DNA from: the human T2T-CHM13v2.0 reference genome, Homo sapiens
NCBI RefSeq assembly: GCF_009914755.1
Contig: NC_060932.1
Reading direction: 5' to 3' (one strand)
DNA: 64,000 nucleotides
This document shows positions 58,579-64,000 of the stretch, in pieces. The position numbers and the translations under genes are program-made. Numbering within the stretch: position 1 is the first letter of the stretch; each line of letters begins with the position of its first letter. Below the pieces are notes generated by a model. That model had not been told where the DNA came from and ran no database searches. It was given only the letters and a program-made list of their open reading frames with translations.

Positions 58579-59709
58579 CTAGAGATGTGTGACTTTGTTT
58601 TTCCATTATGAAATTATATGAAAAGTTAGCTTTAGGGATAAGGTTGAAGAGATGAGCTAAAATGAATACTGTATTTATCGAGTCGTACTTTTGGCTCTTA
58701 CAGTTTAATGCCACTAAAATTGATATGTCTTAAAATCAGTGCACACATTCAGTATGACAGTGTGGTTTTTTTTCCCCTTGAAAAACCTATTAAGTAGTAT
58801 CTTCAAACGTATGGCATCTTAGAATCAGGAAAATATAATATTATAGATCTTTTATAGATTACATATTTGTATGGTCCTTGATCATTGCTAATATAAGTTC
58901 TTGAGAGATGATTGTTGAGATTTGTATACTTCATAAATTACTTGAAAATCTATGCAAAATGTTTGTGTAAGTTGTACTTTTATAAACAAAAATCATTTAT
59001 GGACACAAAGAGAACATGTTTAATTAAAGTCCTGTAAAGCGATTTATTTGATAAAGAACATTTTTAAAAAGGAAAATGATAATTTTTTGTAAGAACACAT
59101 TTTATGTGACTATTCCCCTCCCAATTTATCACTAAGTGTGTATTTTTAGACTCTAATGGAAAAGACCCACCTACCTAGCCCATTGGTCACATATAGTATA
59201 TTTGTTGACTATCTCAATAGATTTGTTAATTTGACTTCTGAAATTATCCAATTAAATGTTTTAAAGTCCAATGCTATTACGTGATTAATCATGCAGGTGT
59301 ACCTGCAAAGGAAAGTTCTTGTAGTTATATCTTCCCCTTGTATTCTTTTAAAATAAAATTAAAAACAATAATTTGCTTTTGAAGACTTATATTTGATTTT
59401 GCATAAATATGCGTTCTTGTTGACTGCTTCTAACTTTTACTTTAACCTAGAGCAGGGGAATATTAAAGAGGCATAATGAGGAAGGAATATAGTAATATTT
59501 ACTAATTGACCTAGATTTATATACAGAAATACTCAAAGTCTGGGGTATGTTTTTCTAATAATGTCATTTTTTGTTTTTTTTGTTTTGTTTCGTTTTGTTT
59601 TTGAGACGGAGTCTCCCTCTGTCACCAGGCTAGAGTGCAGTAGCGCGATCTCGGGTCACTGCAGCTCCACCTACTGGGTTCAAGTGATTCTCCTGCCTCA
59701 GCCTCCTGA

Positions 59710-59910
<201 letters not shown>

Positions 59911-60612
59911 TGATTTCACTACTTAACATGACTACAGAATAAATGGTAGTATAGAAATGGGTAAACATTAGATTCATCAGTCTGAATCCACTAAATGTAC
60001 AGCTTTTTTTTTATCACTATGCCAGTGTTTAAAGATATTTTAGTGAACATACAAGTTTGCTATGAAGCTATTTTAAGATACATTTATTTTATTCATTTTC
60101 CACAGTAAAGCTAGAGAACATCCATCTGATCAGCAGCAACTGATTCATTTCTCCTTCTTTGACTTTTATGTTTATTTTCACATTTCATAGCCTGAAGTTA
60201 TTACTAAGAGAAAGGAAGAAAACTGTCTTCCACTTCCATGAGAAAGATAAATTATTGTATCACTTTATAACTTGGCAGGAACACTCTGTACTTACAGTAT
60301 CATAATCTATCCCACAAGATGATTAATTCTAGGGAGGAAAAGTATAAATTGTATATAGTACATTCCTGTTCATCTTGGAGTTTAGTTTACTAGTTTGGAG
60401 GTAACTTCTGCATCACATTTTCTGAAACTGGAGCTAGAAGAGGAAGATAGTCTAATCCTGGGAAATTATTTTGAGACCTTCTCATATATAGGTATCTTTG
60501 TAGGTTCAGCCTATTTTCTAATACCTAAATCTATAAGATTGTACAATGCTAATGATAACACAGCACTGAAATTCTGCAGAACTTTTAGGGTTATTTAAAA
60601 ACAGAAGTGTAG

Positions 60613-60841
<229 letters not shown>

Positions 60842-61325
60842 TAGGATGGTCTCGATCTCCTGACCTCGTGATCCGCCCACCTCGGCCTCCCAAAGTGCTG
60901 GGATTACAGGCGTGAGCCACAGCGCCCGGCTATGTTTTGATTTTTAAAGAACAGTTAAACCATAAATTATGCATTTGATACTTTAAGGTAACTAGAATTA
61001 TGAGGTGAATAACACCTTGACCCCCAGTTTGGAAAAGAGCTTACTTATTTTGGGATGTTTTGAAAATTCCATCATCTTGGGAGAAGAGCACATTGGTTTA
61101 CTATTAGGATTGTCAAAACACAGATTGGGAAGTGGAACTTAAATTGTCTTTTTTTAGACAAAAGATAATTTTGCAGGGGTGCCAAAATAATTATGAAAAG
61201 GTTATCTTTGATACTAATAGGTCTTAGTGGTACTTTTGCTTTAGAATAATAAAGGTTAATTGGCTCAGGATACAGATTAAAACAATTTTATACACACATT
61301 GCAATAATGTCTTAAATATTTTAAG

Positions 61326-61436
61326 GACCACCTGTAGAGCTGCGCCAAAGAAAAAAGCCAAAGTCTTCAGAAAATAAGGAATCTGCCAAAGAAGAGAAAA
61401 TCAGTGACATTCCAATTCCTGAAAGAGCTCCAAAAC
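61326..61436 (+). CDS. DPY19L4: DPY19L4 coding exon 2 (111 nt; PPVELRQRKKPKSSENKESAKEEKISDIPIPERAPK)
   Basis: attttaAG acceptor, C|GTAAGT donor, open frame, phase 1-1; LRQRK is typical of DPY19-family N-termini. The gene continues beyond the window. Confidence 0.9.
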
Positions 61437-62121
61437 GTAAGTTAGATAGACTTGGAATTTGTGCTACTACAAAAATAGTTTACACTAGAAAGTATATTTT
61501 ATGTCAATATTTTAAATATACATATTTTGAGATTAAGTATATGCTCAGCTTTCACTAGGTTTTGGACAACCCCCAAATCTCACTGGCTTATGACAAACAT
61601 TTATTTCTAATTAATATTACATGTTGTGGCTGCAGTTTGGCTGTCGTAGTTTTATGTGTTGCGAAGGAATAGTCCGTATTTGGGAAAGATTTTTCTTGTG
61701 ACGTAGGAAAAGAGGAGGCAGAATCATGCAATGTCTCTTAAAGTTTCTGCTGACCTGGCACACTATCACTTGTACGCACCTTTTATTGGCCAAAGCAAGT
61801 CATATAATCAATTCAGACGATGGGATGTGAAGTATACTTTGATTACAGGGAAGTGTTCCAGGTCACATGGTAGTGGGCAGGGATATATAAGATTTTTAAA
61901 GGGAAGGAGAAAATAGTTGTGAATAATAATATAGTTTACCACACCCTGTCCTTGTGATTTATTTCTCTCCCTCAGACAAAATACGCTTACTTTTTCCCAC
62001 ACCCGAAAACTCTCTCTTATCTAGTCACAGCCTTAATCTTGAACCCAAAGGCTTATCTACATCAGGGCCAGCTATGACTCATTCTAATCCAGAGATCTAT
62101 GAACTAAAAAGACAGGTTATC

Positions 62122-63260
<1,139 letters not shown>

Positions 63261-64000
63261 ATCCCCCCACTCTCAGTATACACTGTTGGACAGGGACAGG
63301 ATATCCCCTTACTCTGGGATAAGGAATCTGTTGTGTTTATGCCCCAGTTGTGTTCCTGGGGAATTGTTTTCCAGTTCATTGTTTTCCATGGTCCTTGATT
63401 TTACACTCTAGAGATCTTTTCTCTTCCATTTTCCTCTATAACCATATCTAAAGATGGGTTTGGAGAATGTGTCATCCTTAAGGGCTAAACAGCTTTCTCA
63501 GATTGCTTGCTCTGCACTAAAAGTTGAGGCCTATATATAAATTTGCTCAAGATAAAAGCTGTGGGTAATCTACAAATCTAGGTGAGGGGCTGGCCGCAAG
63601 AAAACTATATTTGGGAGCTGGAAAAATGAAGATCTATATTATATCATGACAAAACATTTGATAATACTGTTTCCTGTGAACAGTTGACAATACTATTTTT
63701 TTCTATCATTTTAGGTAATGAGATTGCAAAACAGAATGTTACTAGAGTGCCTTTGTTATTAACATCTGCATTTGACTACAGGAAAGAGATCTGGGTTTAG
63801 AATAGAATTGGACTATTTGTAAGTGGGAATAAAGAAGAAAATAGAGAATCCCAAAATTCTGGGACTTGTAATGTTGAAGTGAGAACAGTTTATTAACCAG
63901 GCATGGTGGCTCGCGCCAGTAATCCCAGCACTTTGGGAAGCTGAGGCAGAGGATTGCTTGAGGTTAGGAGTTCAGGACCGTCCTGGACAACATAGTGAGA

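Overview
Primate (almost certainly human) genomic DNA, very Alu-dense. The + strand carries the 3' part of ESRP1 (epithelial splicing regulatory protein 1): nine exons (my numbering 8-16, from memory of the gene) encoding the end of qRRM1, qRRM2, qRRM3, a Pro/Tyr-rich region and alternative C-termini, then a ~1.5 kb 3' UTR ending near 42460. After ~12 kb of intergenic DNA, a CpG-island promoter and the first two coding exons of DPY19L4 follow on the same strand. Retroposed passengers include an RPS15A processed pseudogene nested in an old L1, a 5'-truncated RPL21 pseudogene and a Y3 RNA pseudogene. There are more than 50 Alus plus L1/L2/MIR/MaLR/MER fragments. Nearly all listed ORFs are Alu- or composition-derived noise. 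I do not see a new gene or a new multi-gene system. The most interesting signals are regulatory or structural: duplicated 5' splice sites (CKLP switch), a multi-frame C-terminal exon cassette whose stops all appear to evade NMD, a vestigial fourth qRRM, a twin-palindrome/poly(A)-signal block after exon 11, a duplicated poly(T)-TAGCAG element in the last intron, a 3' UTR hairpin over a miR-141/200a seed match, a CTCF motif between the genes and a near-abutting inverted Alu pair. Exon coordinates were read at base level. Repeat boundaries and subfamily names are approximate and by eye.
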